A stretch of DNA of 64,000 bases from Flavobacteriales bacterium (GTDB taxonomy: Bacteria; Bacteroidota; Bacteroidia; Flavobacteriales_F; PHOS-HE28), in NCBI GenBank assembly GCA_016710685.1, contig JADJVC010000002.1:701031-765030 (forward strand), given 5' to 3'. Positions 1 to 9,207 of the stretch are shown in pieces. Below the pieces are notes generated by a model. That model did no database searches. It had not been told where the DNA came from and saw only the letters and a program-made list of their open reading frames with translations. The position numbers were made by a program, and so were the translations under genes. How positions within the stretch are numbered: position 1 is the stretch's first letter; each line of letters opens with the position of its first letter.

Positions 1-1
1 C

Positions 2-325
2 AAAGCGAACGCAGGAGGGGATGGACGTTTGGCATTGGCGCCGCGCTTGGAAAACGAAGCATCGCCCATTCAGCCGGCCAACGTGCGTATTGCGATAGAG
101 GCCAGGCCCAAGTTCGAGAGCACTCCCGTAGTGCCCGTTCGTCACAAGGACGTGGTAGTGGAGCCCAACCAAGTGATCACGGTGGTCCGTGTGGAGCAAG
201 GTGAAAATGCCAACGAATACCGCAAGGTGGTGCGCAAGTATAGCGGCACGTTCTACTTCAAGGACGGCAGCAGTTGCAGCCAGTCCACCTACGAGCGGGA
301 AGCCTTGGCCGTTGCGGGTGAGTAG
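2..325 (+). CDS. C-terminal fragment of a hypothetical protein; the ORF is open to the window edge
   Basis: Reading frame is open from base 2 with no upstream stop. The track shows a 98 aa ORF from a TTG at 29. No recognisable family. Confidence 0.3.
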   Translation, partial: KANAGGDGRLALAPRLENEASPIQPANVRIAIEARPKFESTPVVPVRHKDVVVEPNQVITVVRVEQGENANEYRKVVRKYSGTFYFKDGSSCSQSTYEREALAVAGE

Positions 326-332
326 GAACCAC

Positions 333-1574
333 CTACCAAAGCACTTGCAGGTTCAGAGCCACCGCCTTACCGGCCGCATTTTCGGAGACGAGCCCGATCG
401 CGTTCGGTGTTTCCAATTCGAAGGCAAGGCCATTCTTGGTGTAGAAGCCGACACGGGCCAAGGCACGCAGGCCGCCAAAACCGCCATACGCAGCACCGGC
501 ACCGGCGATGAACGAGCGCCCCAAGCTGAAGTTGCGCATCAACCGGATTTTCGGAACGTATCCCGGCAACCACCGTTGGTCCAGCGCCGCCTCGTAGGCA
601 TAACGATCAGGTGCATGGCCGGGCTTCCGTAATGTGCCGAATTGAAAAACACCTTCGATCCTTCCCGGCAAATGGCGTAACAACGTTCCCGTTTCGTAGC
701 CCAGCCCCAAGCTGTCCTGCAAAGTTGTGCGGTCGATCACCGGTCCGCTCAGGTCAAGTATGTCGTTCACCGAAACGCCCTCGAAGCGGATAACGGAATC
801 CTGCGAAACGGAACGTGTGTTGGCGTTCCATTGCATGAATCCGGCATCGGTGACCTCCAAAGAAAAACGTGCGGGCGCACCAAAGGCTTGGACGGCCTTG
901 GCCCATTTGGCATTGACCGCAGCACCGATGCCTTGTGAGAAACCGGTGTTGGCGGCTGTATCGCTCCGGTGGTATTCACCGGCGAGGTCCAACTCCAGGT
1001 AACGGCCGTCCGTGGCGGTGAACAGGTCCGCGCGGCGCACGTCGGCGCTGTTAAAATTGGTGCCATTGACGAAAGCCAGTTCCAGAAAGGATCCGCTCGC
1101 GGCATCTTCAATTCCGAAGCCGATGCTTTGGTAATTCCACTGCTCGAACCGCAGCGGTGCGAGCTTGGCCGTGCGGTCCTCGAAGGCGGCATTGCCGAAA
1201 AAGCCCACCGCGAACGCATCCGGGGAGAAGCGCACGCCCAGTGCGTATTGCCATGCTACGGATGTGCGCATTTGCCAAGCATCGTGGCCGAAAATGCAGT
1301 TGCCCCAAGTACCGGAAATGCGGCCGCCGAGTTCAACGCCGCCGCGACCATGATCGCCAATGGCGTCCAGGGCGCGCTGCCGGGCTTCACGCGTGATGGT
1401 TCCACCGAATACGAGCGGGTCCAACACGTCGTTGTGGATCGCATCGCTGTCGAAATTGCCGACACCTTCAACCGTGAACCGGTGCCGGATCTCCAGCGAA
1501 TCGACGGCCTGTGCCGATGCCATGGCCGGCAGCAAAAGGAAGGGAGCCCAACGCAACGGTTCACTGATCGCCAT
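333..1574 (-). CDS. Putative outer-membrane beta-barrel protein, signal peptide, C-terminal aromatic residue
   Basis: 413 aa. N-terminal signal (…LLLPAMASAQA). Gly/Ala-rich alternating beta-strand pattern, ends …LNLQVLW. Overlaps the upstream lipoprotein gene by 14 nt, so likely an operon. Confidence 0.5.
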   Translation of the reverse strand: MAISEPLRWAPFLLLPAMASAQAVDSLEIRHRFTVEGVGNFDSDAIHNDVLDPLVFGGTITREARQRALDAIGDHGRGGVELGGRISGTWGNCIFGHDAWQMRTSVAWQYALGVRFSPDAFAVGFFGNAAFEDRTAKLAPLRFEQWNYQSIGFGIEDAASGSFLELAFVNGTNFNSADVRRADLFTATDGRYLELDLAGEYHRSDTAANTGFSQGIGAAVNAKWAKAVQAFGAPARFSLEVTDAGFMQWNANTRSVSQDSVIRFEGVSVNDILDLSGPVIDRTTLQDSLGLGYETGTLLRHLPGRIEGVFQFGTLRKPGHAPDRYAYEAALDQRWLPGYVPKIRLMRNFSLGRSFIAGAGAAYGGFGGLRALARVGFYTKNGLAFELETPNAIGLVSENAAGKAVALNLQVLW

Positions 1575-3177
1575 TCACCACGTAGTTCGCGTCCATCGTT
1601 ACTTGCAGGCCCATGCTGTACGAATCCAGGATCTGTACATGTTGCACTTGGTCGGCCGTGTTGAAAGTTGCGGTGATGCGGATGTTTCCGCCGATGTAAA
1701 GCTGGTCCACTTGTTCCTGACTGAGTTCCACGTCCAAGCGGCTAGAGACTGGTGCGTTCACTAGGCCGTCCGCGCCCAACGTGGCGGAAGCCACGGTGCC
1801 CAGTGGACCAAGCATGGAAAGGACTTGCCCGTTGACATCCACAATATCAATTCCGATCGCAGCGGAAAACGGAAAGCCATTGTCCGCGAAAAGGTGCAGC
1901 ACGCCGCTTTGCAGCGCGTGGCCGTCGGTAGATCCGGGCAGGTCCACGGCCACGGTGCGTTGCAGGGTGAGGTTGGTGGCGATGAGACGGAGCGGTACGT
2001 CCACCTGCATTTCGGCGGTGAGCTTGCTTTCGTAGTAGAGGAAATCGTGCCCGTTGCTGATGTTTCCCAGCGGGTCGATGGTGATGCCCAAAGCGTATTC
2101 GATCTGGTCGGGCAAATTCTCCAGAAAAGCTTCGATGTTGCTGTTGCCTTGCGAAAGCGTGAACGTGTTCTCCGCCGATTGAAAGGATCCGCCAAGGTCC
2201 AACGCGCGGTCGATGTTGACCGGTCCCGTGGTGATCGCGTTCTGCAAGTCCACGCTGTTGCCCGTGCCGGAGTTGACGGAGCGGAGGTATTCAATGTTGG
2301 CACGCACGTCCACGCCGATGCCGTTTCGGATGCGCAGGGTGGCCGTGACCTCGTCCAGGTCCAGCGTGCCGCTGATGCCTTCGAAAAGATCAAGCGGGGT
2401 GGAGGCGGGGTCCACGGCGATGTCGCGCATTCCGAAGTAGCCGGTAGCGTATTGCGGCACGATACCGAAGTAGCTCACCGTGGCCAAAAGGCTGTCCTGC
2501 CCGGTGATGCTGATTTCGCCGTAGTCCGGCGAGCTGGCGTAGGCAAGGCTGGTGGCCAGGGTGTTCACATCGTCAAAAAATGGACCGCGCAGGTCGAGCG
2601 AATAGCCGCTAAGATCGCGGCTCGCGGAAGCTATGGAAGGGGCATCGGGGGTTCCCGGCTGAAGGGCCAATTGGATGTTGAACGGATTGCCGCCCGATGT
2701 GGCGCCCGGCAACGAGAAATCGCCGTTGATGTGGCCGGGCATGCTGTTGGCGATCCGCATTTCCACGGTGCCGGAGCGGATGTCCAGCCGGGTGAGCTGA
2801 AGGTCCTCGAGCTCGAAGCGGGTAACATCCTGGCTGGCCTCGAAGGTGGTACCGGGCGGGAAGTTCACCGGGCCGGGCACGGGCAGGGCATAGGCATATT
2901 GGAAACTGGTGTCCGGCGCAGTGAGGATCGTGTCCAGCGAAAGGGTGAACAGCTCCGCCGTGTACAGGATGCTCACGTTCCCAGCGTCATCCGTGGAAAG
3001 CAGGCTGTCAGGGACGATGTCGCCTATGGTTAGTATAGTGGTGGCTAATGGTGCCAGCAGGTCCAGGTCCCATTGCGCGGGCCGTGGTTCTTTGCGGCAT
3101 GCGGTAAGCAGCGCAGCCCATGCGACCATAACGGCAAGGCGGGAAACGGTTCGGCAGGGCCGGATCATGGCGGACAA
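1561..3177 (-). CDS. Hypothetical lipoprotein (signal peptide with Cys)
   Basis: 538 aa. N-terminal …ALLTACRKEP is lipobox-like. Co-directional and overlapping with the OMP gene downstream. Confidence 0.5.
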   Translation of the reverse strand: MSAMIRPCRTVSRLAVMVAWAALLTACRKEPRPAQWDLDLLAPLATTILTIGDIVPDSLLSTDDAGNVSILYTAELFTLSLDTILTAPDTSFQYAYALPVPGPVNFPPGTTFEASQDVTRFELEDLQLTRLDIRSGTVEMRIANSMPGHINGDFSLPGATSGGNPFNIQLALQPGTPDAPSIASASRDLSGYSLDLRGPFFDDVNTLATSLAYASSPDYGEISITGQDSLLATVSYFGIVPQYATGYFGMRDIAVDPASTPLDLFEGISGTLDLDEVTATLRIRNGIGVDVRANIEYLRSVNSGTGNSVDLQNAITTGPVNIDRALDLGGSFQSAENTFTLSQGNSNIEAFLENLPDQIEYALGITIDPLGNISNGHDFLYYESKLTAEMQVDVPLRLIATNLTLQRTVAVDLPGSTDGHALQSGVLHLFADNGFPFSAAIGIDIVDVNGQVLSMLGPLGTVASATLGADGLVNAPVSSRLDVELSQEQVDQLYIGGNIRITATFNTADQVQHVQILDSYSMGLQVTMDANYVVNGDQ

Positions 3178-3246
3178 GGTAGCTAATGCCCACGTTTCAG
3201 CCTTTCAATAAAGCTTCACGCAGTGCCAGTTGGTTGCAATAACCCC

Positions 3247-4230
3247 TCAAGGCAAAACCACCAACCGCCCACTATACTGCGGTGTATTTGTGGCAACGGT
3301 GGCTGAGGCTCTCGAAGCCACAGTAGCCACATAAGCCCCCGGTGCAACAGCCCCGGCCTGCAACTGGCATTGCGCACTACCCGCAGGCCAAGCCACCTGC
3401 AGCACTACCCGCCCACTGGCATCATGCAGTAAAAGCTGCGCGTTTTGCAAGGGTTGTTCTACGGAAAGCAACGCCTTGCCTGCAGTAGGGTTGGGGGCAA
3501 TGGTAAGCGGCTTGGGTTTTAATTGGTCTTTTTCTGAAATGCCCACATAACCTTCAGTATAGCTGAGGTCGTCTATATAGTATTCGCCCGCGAAACCATC
3601 ATAGCCCGAAGAAGCTATGAATCGCAGCGATCCAAGGACATTCGGTGTTGTGGTTCCGCTGGGCATTGTAGCAAAGGCCCAACTGCCTAAGAAGTGGTTG
3701 TTAACGGAAAGGGAAGCCAATTGGGCATCCAGGTCGAAGCTGAATACAACAGGGAACCATACGTTGTGCGGATAGCTTCCTGACAGCGATCCACCGTTCA
3801 CATGGCAGTCCACTGCCCCAATCGTTTCGGGCGTGAAATAGATAACTGCTGCCGGGTCCGCAGAAGGTCCTACACCGTGAAGAACTTCTATGAATGCGCC
3901 AAGTTCTCCCACCACGTACATGGAAAATTGAAGCACGAACGCACCCGTGGTGTGGTAGCCCAAGTTCAGCACGGCATCAACAGGACCGCCTTGATAACCA
4001 GGAATGGCTTGGATAAATGCCAAACTGTTCGGGCTGGTATGACTGTAGGCTGTGGTTACTGGCACGTCTTGTGTGCTACCCGGCTGTGTGCTCCACGGTT
4101 GCCACTGCCCCGGCACGTTCACGGCCATGCGGGTGCCCGTGCCGTAGCTGTCAAAATTATCCGAATAGATGGACTGAGCCTGTACGCTTGATAGTACAAG
4201 ACCGAGAACGAAAAACGGGACGCTCCTCAT
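3247..4230 (-). CDS. Secreted protein with T9SS C-terminal sorting domain (por_Cterm-like)
   Basis: 327 aa. Clear signal peptide MRSVPFFVLGLVLSSVQAQS. The C-terminal ~80 aa beta-rich tail is typical of T9SS cargo. Lower GC than flanking core genes. Confidence 0.6.
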   Translation of the reverse strand: MRSVPFFVLGLVLSSVQAQSIYSDNFDSYGTGTRMAVNVPGQWQPWSTQPGSTQDVPVTTAYSHTSPNSLAFIQAIPGYQGGPVDAVLNLGYHTTGAFVLQFSMYVVGELGAFIEVLHGVGPSADPAAVIYFTPETIGAVDCHVNGGSLSGSYPHNVWFPVVFSFDLDAQLASLSVNNHFLGSWAFATMPSGTTTPNVLGSLRFIASSGYDGFAGEYYIDDLSYTEGYVGISEKDQLKPKPLTIAPNPTAGKALLSVEQPLQNAQLLLHDASGRVVLQVAWPAGSAQCQLQAGAVAPGAYVATVASRASATVATNTPQYSGRLVVLP

Positions 4231-5960
4231 TGAACAACAATTCGGGTACCTGTTAAAATGCGCAGGTTGTCACTTAAATGGGCCGAGTACAAACCCGCTG
4301 GTTGATCCGTAAGGTCAACTGCGATGGATTGTTTGAGTTGTAACCCAAGATCACGATCCATTACCGACCTGCCAAGAGCATCGAAAACCTGTAACCGGAG
4401 ATTTCCTTCTAAGTGCAAATCGGCGGGCAGGTCCAAGTCCAAAGTGAATTGCCCGGTTGAAGGGTTAGGCCATGCCTTCAGTGCGTTGTCCAATCCATAC
4501 GCAATGGTTTCAATGCCTACGAATTGGCAACCAGGCACCAAACAACCCAAGCTGTCCAGTTTCAGCAACCACATATTTAGATTGCTGTATGGCGGAACGG
4601 TATCTTGGTTCCACGTTTCACCCGTCAACACCATACCGCCATCGCTGGTGGGTTCAATGTCCCAAGGAATTTCCGGGTAGAGATTGCTAAGGTTGCCAAA
4701 ATGTGCGTACTCCCTCCGCCATAGGGAATCACCGTATTGCGTCATGCGGTAAAGAACGGCCCGGTTGTAGTAGAGTTGCTGAATGCCGCCGCAGGCAATA
4801 AATGTGCTGTCCGTGTCTTGGTAGCCGTCCGTGAATGACCCGAAATTAAAACCGAACGGTTTGCTGCGTAACCCTTCAAAATCCCAATCCAAGCTGCCGT
4901 TCAAGGAATACATCGCCAAGTGCATGGTATTGATATCCGGAGTGCCGGGCAATGGGCTCGATTCATTCCAATTGCCCATACACAGTAGTTTGTCTCCAAA
5001 CATCCGTTTTACCCCGTACCAAAGGCCTCGGGGTTTATTCTGCTCCGCGATCCAACTTCCTCCGCCGTCGCTGCTTATTTTATGTAAGATTCCTTTATTT
5101 GACCCAAATCCAGCGATGTAAATATTTCCAACCTCGTCGATGTCCATCGATAGTGATTCCATATAGGGTGTTAAGCAATACATTTCAATGCTTCCAGTGC
5201 TGTCTGTTCGGAGGACGTAGCTATTGTTAGATAATAGAACACCTGATGCCTCCAAACCCGTGAAATAATACTTCGAATCACCATAACATGTTTTTCGGGC
5301 AGTTAAAAAAGTATCAGTCAGCAACGGTTTGGTCCAAAGTGTATCACCCAATGGGCTATATTTCACCAATGTTAGAGTATCAGGGACAGAGCTAACGTCG
5401 AAACTGCAAAGAGTGTTGCAATTGGGTCGCTAATTCCTTGAAAATCAAATCGTGGCCATGAAATGAACTGGTCAACTATAAAATTTCCTTGGGCGTCAAA
5501 TTTTGAAACAGTGCAATCTTGAAATGCGGTATCCGGTTGTGTTTGACTGCCAAAAACGATAAACCCCATAGGTGTTTCACGCACGGACTTCCCGACGGCA
5601 AAGCCACTGGACTGGTTGTAATGAACTATGTTAAATGTTTGGCCATGCACAAATAGCACGGCCAAAAGAGGCTGGCCGCTGTGGCCAGCTTTGGGATGAC
5701 TTTCAGTAATCTGATGGCACGCAGAATCGGCTTCTTCTTCAGGATGCCCGATGCATTGCTCACAGTTCGGGTTGCGTAGACCAGATTCGTTCTCATCTTT
5801 TGATTTCGCGTCGGCAAGCTACCACAACCCGTTTCCAATGGAAACCAACTTCGGCTTTCCATATACCGGTCCAAAACTAGCCCCACGGCAACACTTTGGT
5901 CAGTTCAGTTTGACAGGCCATGGCAGGGGAAGGGATTTGGAAGGCACACAACTCTAGGTT
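4227..5960 (-). pseudogene. Disrupted T9SS cargo gene. The C-terminal sorting domain is intact; the N-terminal part is split across at least three frames and has no signal peptide.
   Basis: Track ORFs 5626..5886, 5372..5665 and 4227..5369 abut in different frames. The 380 aa part ends …LSDNLRILTGTRIVVQ (T9SS CTD) but starts at a TTG with no signal peptide. The upstream frames carry contiguous sense-looking sequence. Confidence 0.45.
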
Positions 5961-6106
5961 GGTACACATCCCCACTCCGTGGCGGCGTGCTGCTCCTTGG
6001 CATCCTTACAATGCTCACCACTTTCTCCACAATTGCCGATCGCAATAGGCAACCACTCAAAATACTCACTTCGTTTCATGCGGAATGCGTGCGCTAATTT
6101 CGCGCC

Positions 6107-6574
6107 ATGGGCCGATCCGCCCAAACTGGCTTGTTGAACCGCGGAAAAATCATCCCTTGGCTACTGAGCGCGGTAGTGATGTACGGCATCTCGTATGCTT
6201 GGCACGGCCTGCTGTTGAACGACATTTCGGAGATGCGGATCGGGCTGGGCCTTTATTTGGCTCTTGCCGGGGTGGCGTACCTGTTGATCGGTCTCGGGCT
6301 CACGTTTTTGGTCCATACGGGCTTGCAACGCGGCTATATCTCCATGAAGACGGGATTCCCGTACAAGGGCATGGCCATAGGCGCGGTTTCGGGGTTAGCG
6401 GTTTACCTTTTGGTCTTCATATCGGGATTGTCCTTCGCCAGCCATGAAATTCATCACGTCTTTCTGGACGCAGTGTGGCAGGTGATCGAGCAAATGGTCG
6501 GTGGTTTGATGGTATGCCTCGGCATCATCTACGACATGCACCGCAGGTTTTTGGAGACGGAGCGGGCGAGTTGA
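6107..6574 (+). CDS. Hypothetical integral membrane protein (3-4 TM helices)
   Basis: 155 aa with hydrophobic segments (LLSAVVMYGISYAW, GLGLYLALAGVAYLLIGLGLTFLV, AIGAVSGLAVYLLVFISGL). ATG start at 6107. Confidence 0.5.
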   Translation: MGRSAQTGLLNRGKIIPWLLSAVVMYGISYAWHGLLLNDISEMRIGLGLYLALAGVAYLLIGLGLTFLVHTGLQRGYISMKTGFPYKGMAIGAVSGLAVYLLVFISGLSFASHEIHHVFLDAVWQVIEQMVGGLMVCLGIIYDMHRRFLETERAS

Positions 6575-6580
6575 TTTGCG

Positions 6581-6700
6581 AATTCCTAATTGCTGATCGC
6601 TGATTGCTAATTCCTAATTGCTGATTCCTAATTCCTAATTCCGGGATGCAGCTTCGGCAGCCGGGATCAGGATTTAGGAATTGGCAATCAACTCAGATAC
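6581..6700. repeat. Intergenic palindromic element with arms made of AATTCCT/TAATTGCTGAT units. Bidirectional terminator-like, between convergent genes.
   Basis: ttgcgaattcctaattgctgatcgctgattgctaattcctaattgctgattcctaattcctaattccggg …center… ccgggatcaggatttaggaattggcaatcaa. The arms are reverse complements. Confidence 0.55.
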
Positions 6701-7971
6701 TTCCCACCCCAAATTCGCTTGAGCAGCGCTTGGAATTCCTGCTCCTTCCGGTTGTCGCCCGGTTGGTAGAACGCGGTGCCGGTTATTTCCGCAGGCATGA
6801 ATTCCTGGTCGTTGAAATGCCCTGGACTGTCGTGGCTGTATTGGTAATTCTTACCGTGGCCCAGGTCCTTCATCAGCTTGGTGGGGGCGTTGCGCAGGTG
6901 GATGGGCACGGGCAGGTCGCCGGTTTGTTGCACGGCTGCTTGGGCTTTTCCAATAGCCACATAGCTCGCGTTGCTTTTCGGTGAACAGGCCAAGTAGATC
7001 GCGCATTGCGAAAGCACGATGCGGCTTTCGGGCCAGCCGATGAGCTGCACGGCCTGCATGCAGGTGGTGGCCATCAACAGCGCGTTGGGGTTGGCGTTGC
7101 CGATGTCCTCACTGGCCAGGATGAGCATTCTGCGGGCGATGAACTTCGGGTCCTCGCCGCCTTCCACCATGCGCGCTAGCCAGTACACGGCGGCGTTCGG
7201 GTCGCTGCCGCGCATGCTTTTGATGAATGCGCTCACGATGTCGTAGTGCTGTTCACCTTGCTTGTCGTAGCGGGCGGCGTTGGTCTGCACCACTTGGTGG
7301 ACCAGCGCGTCCGTAATGGCGATGGATCCGTCTTCCGCCGGGTCCGCGGCGCGCACGCACAGTTCAAATGTGTTCAGCAAGCGGCGTGCATCCCCGCCGC
7401 TGGCGCGCATCAGTGCGGCGGTTTCGCGCAGCGTGATGGATTTCGTCTTCAGGTCGGCATCTTCACGCATGGCGCGTTGCAACAGTCCCAACAGGTCTTC
7501 TTCCGCCAACGGCTTCAGTACGTACACCTGAGAGCGGGAAAGCAATGCGCCGATCACTTCGAACGACGGATTTTCCGTGGTGGCGCCGATGAGGGTGATC
7601 ACGCCTTTTTCCACAGCGCCGAGTAGGGAATCCTGTTGGGCTTTGCTGAAGCGGTGGATCTCGTCGATGAAGAGCACGGCGTTGCGTTGGAACAGCCCCG
7701 CGCCCTCGGCTTTGGCGATCACCTCGCGGATGTCCTTCACGCCGCTGCTGATGGCGCTCAGCGTGTGGAACGGCCTTCCCAGTTCCAATGCCATGAGCCG
7801 TGCCATCGTGGTCTTCCCCACGCCGGGCGGCCCCCACAGGATCATGCTGGGCAGCATTTTAGCGGCCAAGGCCTGATGAATAATGCCGCCCGGGCCCACC
7901 AGGTGCTCCTGGCCCACCACCTCACCGAGGTTTTTGGGCCGCATGCGTTCGGCTAGCGGAGCGGGGTCCAT
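6688..7971 (-). CDS. rarA: Replication-associated recombination protein A (AAA+ ATPase, MgsA/RarA)
   Basis: 427 aa. Walker A GPPGVGKTT, Walker B LFIDEIHRF. Collinear with RarA along its length. Confidence 0.9.
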   Translation of the reverse strand: MDPAPLAERMRPKNLGEVVGQEHLVGPGGIIHQALAAKMLPSMILWGPPGVGKTTMARLMALELGRPFHTLSAISSGVKDIREVIAKAEGAGLFQRNAVLFIDEIHRFSKAQQDSLLGAVEKGVITLIGATTENPSFEVIGALLSRSQVYVLKPLAEEDLLGLLQRAMREDADLKTKSITLRETAALMRASGGDARRLLNTFELCVRAADPAEDGSIAITDALVHQVVQTNAARYDKQGEQHYDIVSAFIKSMRGSDPNAAVYWLARMVEGGEDPKFIARRMLILASEDIGNANPNALLMATTCMQAVQLIGWPESRIVLSQCAIYLACSPKSNASYVAIGKAQAAVQQTGDLPVPIHLRNAPTKLMKDLGHGKNYQYSHDSPGHFNDQEFMPAEITGTAFYQPGDNRKEQEFQALLKRIWGGKYLS

Positions 7972-8048
7972 GGCGCGAAATTACCGCGCGGGGCCTTGGG
8001 TTCCGGCGTGACATGCGAAAAGTGTCCGTTCCACGTTGATGCGGGGAC

Positions 8049-8056
8049 TACATTTG
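8049..8056 (+). promoter_or_regulatory. Candidate Bacteroidetes sigma-A -7 element (TAnnTTTG) upstream of bamD
   Basis: tacatttg lies 10 nt upstream of the lipoprotein-type start at 8066. Matches the phylum -7 consensus TAnnTTTG. Confidence 0.35.
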
Positions 8057-8065
8057 CCGCCCCTT

Positions 8066-8875
8066 ATGTTCAAGAAGTCACTTCTTTTCCTGTTCATCGC
8101 CCTTGCCGCCAGCTCGTGCAGCGACTTCAACAAGGCGGTGAAGAGCACCGACAAGCAATACAAGTACGAGAAGGCGGTGGAGTATTTCAACAAGCCGGAT
8201 TACGACCGGGCCATGCCGTTGCTAGAGGAATTGCTGGGCCTTACCCGTGGCGACACCCTGTTCGAGCCGGTGAGCTACTACTACGCAAAAGGCTATTACG
8301 GCACGAAGGACTACATCCTTGGCAGCTACTACTTGGAAAACTTCGCGAAGACCTTCCCCAACAGCGTGCATGCCGAGGAATGCAGCTTTTTGGCGGCTTA
8401 CTGCCACTTCAAGGAAAGCCCGGAGTACGAGCTGGATCAGACCGACACGCAGATGGCCATCGACAAGATGGAGCTCTTCATGGTACGATTCCCGGAGACG
8501 AATTTGAAGGACAGCTGCAACAACCTCATTGACGGGCTGCGGCTGAAGCTGGAGAAGAAGGACTATGCCTCGGCCTACCAATACCTGCACACGCGGAATT
8601 ACCGGTCTGCAAGCCTTGCCTTCGCTGATTTTCTGAAGAAATGGCCCAATTCGGACCGGCGTGAGGATGCCTATTTCAACATTCTGGAAGCCGATCATGA
8701 CCTGGCGGTGAACAGCGTGGAAAGCAAGAAGGCGGAACGGGCCGAGGCCGGTGTCCGATCATTTAATACCTTCGCGGACGCTTTTCCGGAAAGTAAGCGC
8801 ATGGGCCAGGCCCGCGCCATGCTCCGCGACCTCAACGCACAGCTGCAACGAACACCCGATCCCAGTACCCCATGA
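8066..8875 (+). CDS. bamD: Outer membrane protein assembly factor BamD (TPR lipoprotein)
   Basis: Lipoprotein signal MFKKSLLFLFIALAASSC. TPR-like repeats. Followed by rpoZ-like and coaBC as in Bacteroidota. The track ORF starts 30 nt earlier at 8036. Confidence 0.8.
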   Translation: MFKKSLLFLFIALAASSCSDFNKAVKSTDKQYKYEKAVEYFNKPDYDRAMPLLEELLGLTRGDTLFEPVSYYYAKGYYGTKDYILGSYYLENFAKTFPNSVHAEECSFLAAYCHFKESPEYELDQTDTQMAIDKMELFMVRFPETNLKDSCNNLIDGLRLKLEKKDYASAYQYLHTRNYRSASLAFADFLKKWPNSDRREDAYFNILEADHDLAVNSVESKKAERAEAGVRSFNTFADAFPESKRMGQARAMLRDLNAQLQRTPDPSTP

Positions 8876-9207
8876 ACACCAAGTTCCAGACCGCCGCAAA
8901 GACCACCGTTACCCGTAACGTGGACCAGCTCGACAAGGAGACCGGCAACATCTACGAAAGCATTGCCATCCTCGGCAAACGCGCCAACCAAGTTGCCGTG
9001 GAGATCAAAGCGGAACTGCAGGAAAAGCTGGAGGAGTTCGCAGTGGTGGGGGAGAACATCGAAGAGGTGTATGAGAACCACGAGCAGATCCAGATGAGCA
9101 AGGAGTTCGAGCGTATGCCGAAGCCGGCCGCCATCGCCATTGAGGAAATGCTGGAGGACCGCATCGTTTTCCGCCGTCCCGGGGCCGAACAGCCAACGGA
9201 CATTTGA
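8872..9207 (+). CDS. rpoZ: DNA-directed RNA polymerase omega-like subunit (Bacteroidetes type)
   Basis: 111 aa. The motif NIYESIAILGKRANQ fits the omega signature (N-Y-l-a-RA-Q). 4-nt overlap with bamD; sits between bamD and coaBC. Confidence 0.7.
   Translation: MNTKFQTAAKTTVTRNVDQLDKETGNIYESIAILGKRANQVAVEIKAELQEKLEEFAVVGENIEEVYENHEQIQMSKEFERMPKPAAIAIEEMLEDRIVFRRPGAEQPTDI

Noticed and set aside
1825-3033. Long antisense ORFs opposite real genes. Examples are 1825..3033 (+), 20120..22225 (-), 12820..14475 (+), 48461..49462 (+), 61379..62620 (+) and 15570..16397 (-).
   Set aside because: These are typical high-GC shadow ORFs. Their translations are Arg/Ala/Gly/His-rich with no domains. The opposite-strand genes (lipoprotein, TPR/PD40 protein, TonB receptor, lipid kinase, E1, RecR) have clear family signatures.
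6581-6700. Possible CRISPR array. This also applies to the other short-unit repeat tracts at 24783, 40109, 55226 and 63581.
   Set aside because: The units are 6-8 nt with no spacers of 25-40 nt and no regular repeat-spacer periodicity. The arms are inverted copies. No cas genes are present.
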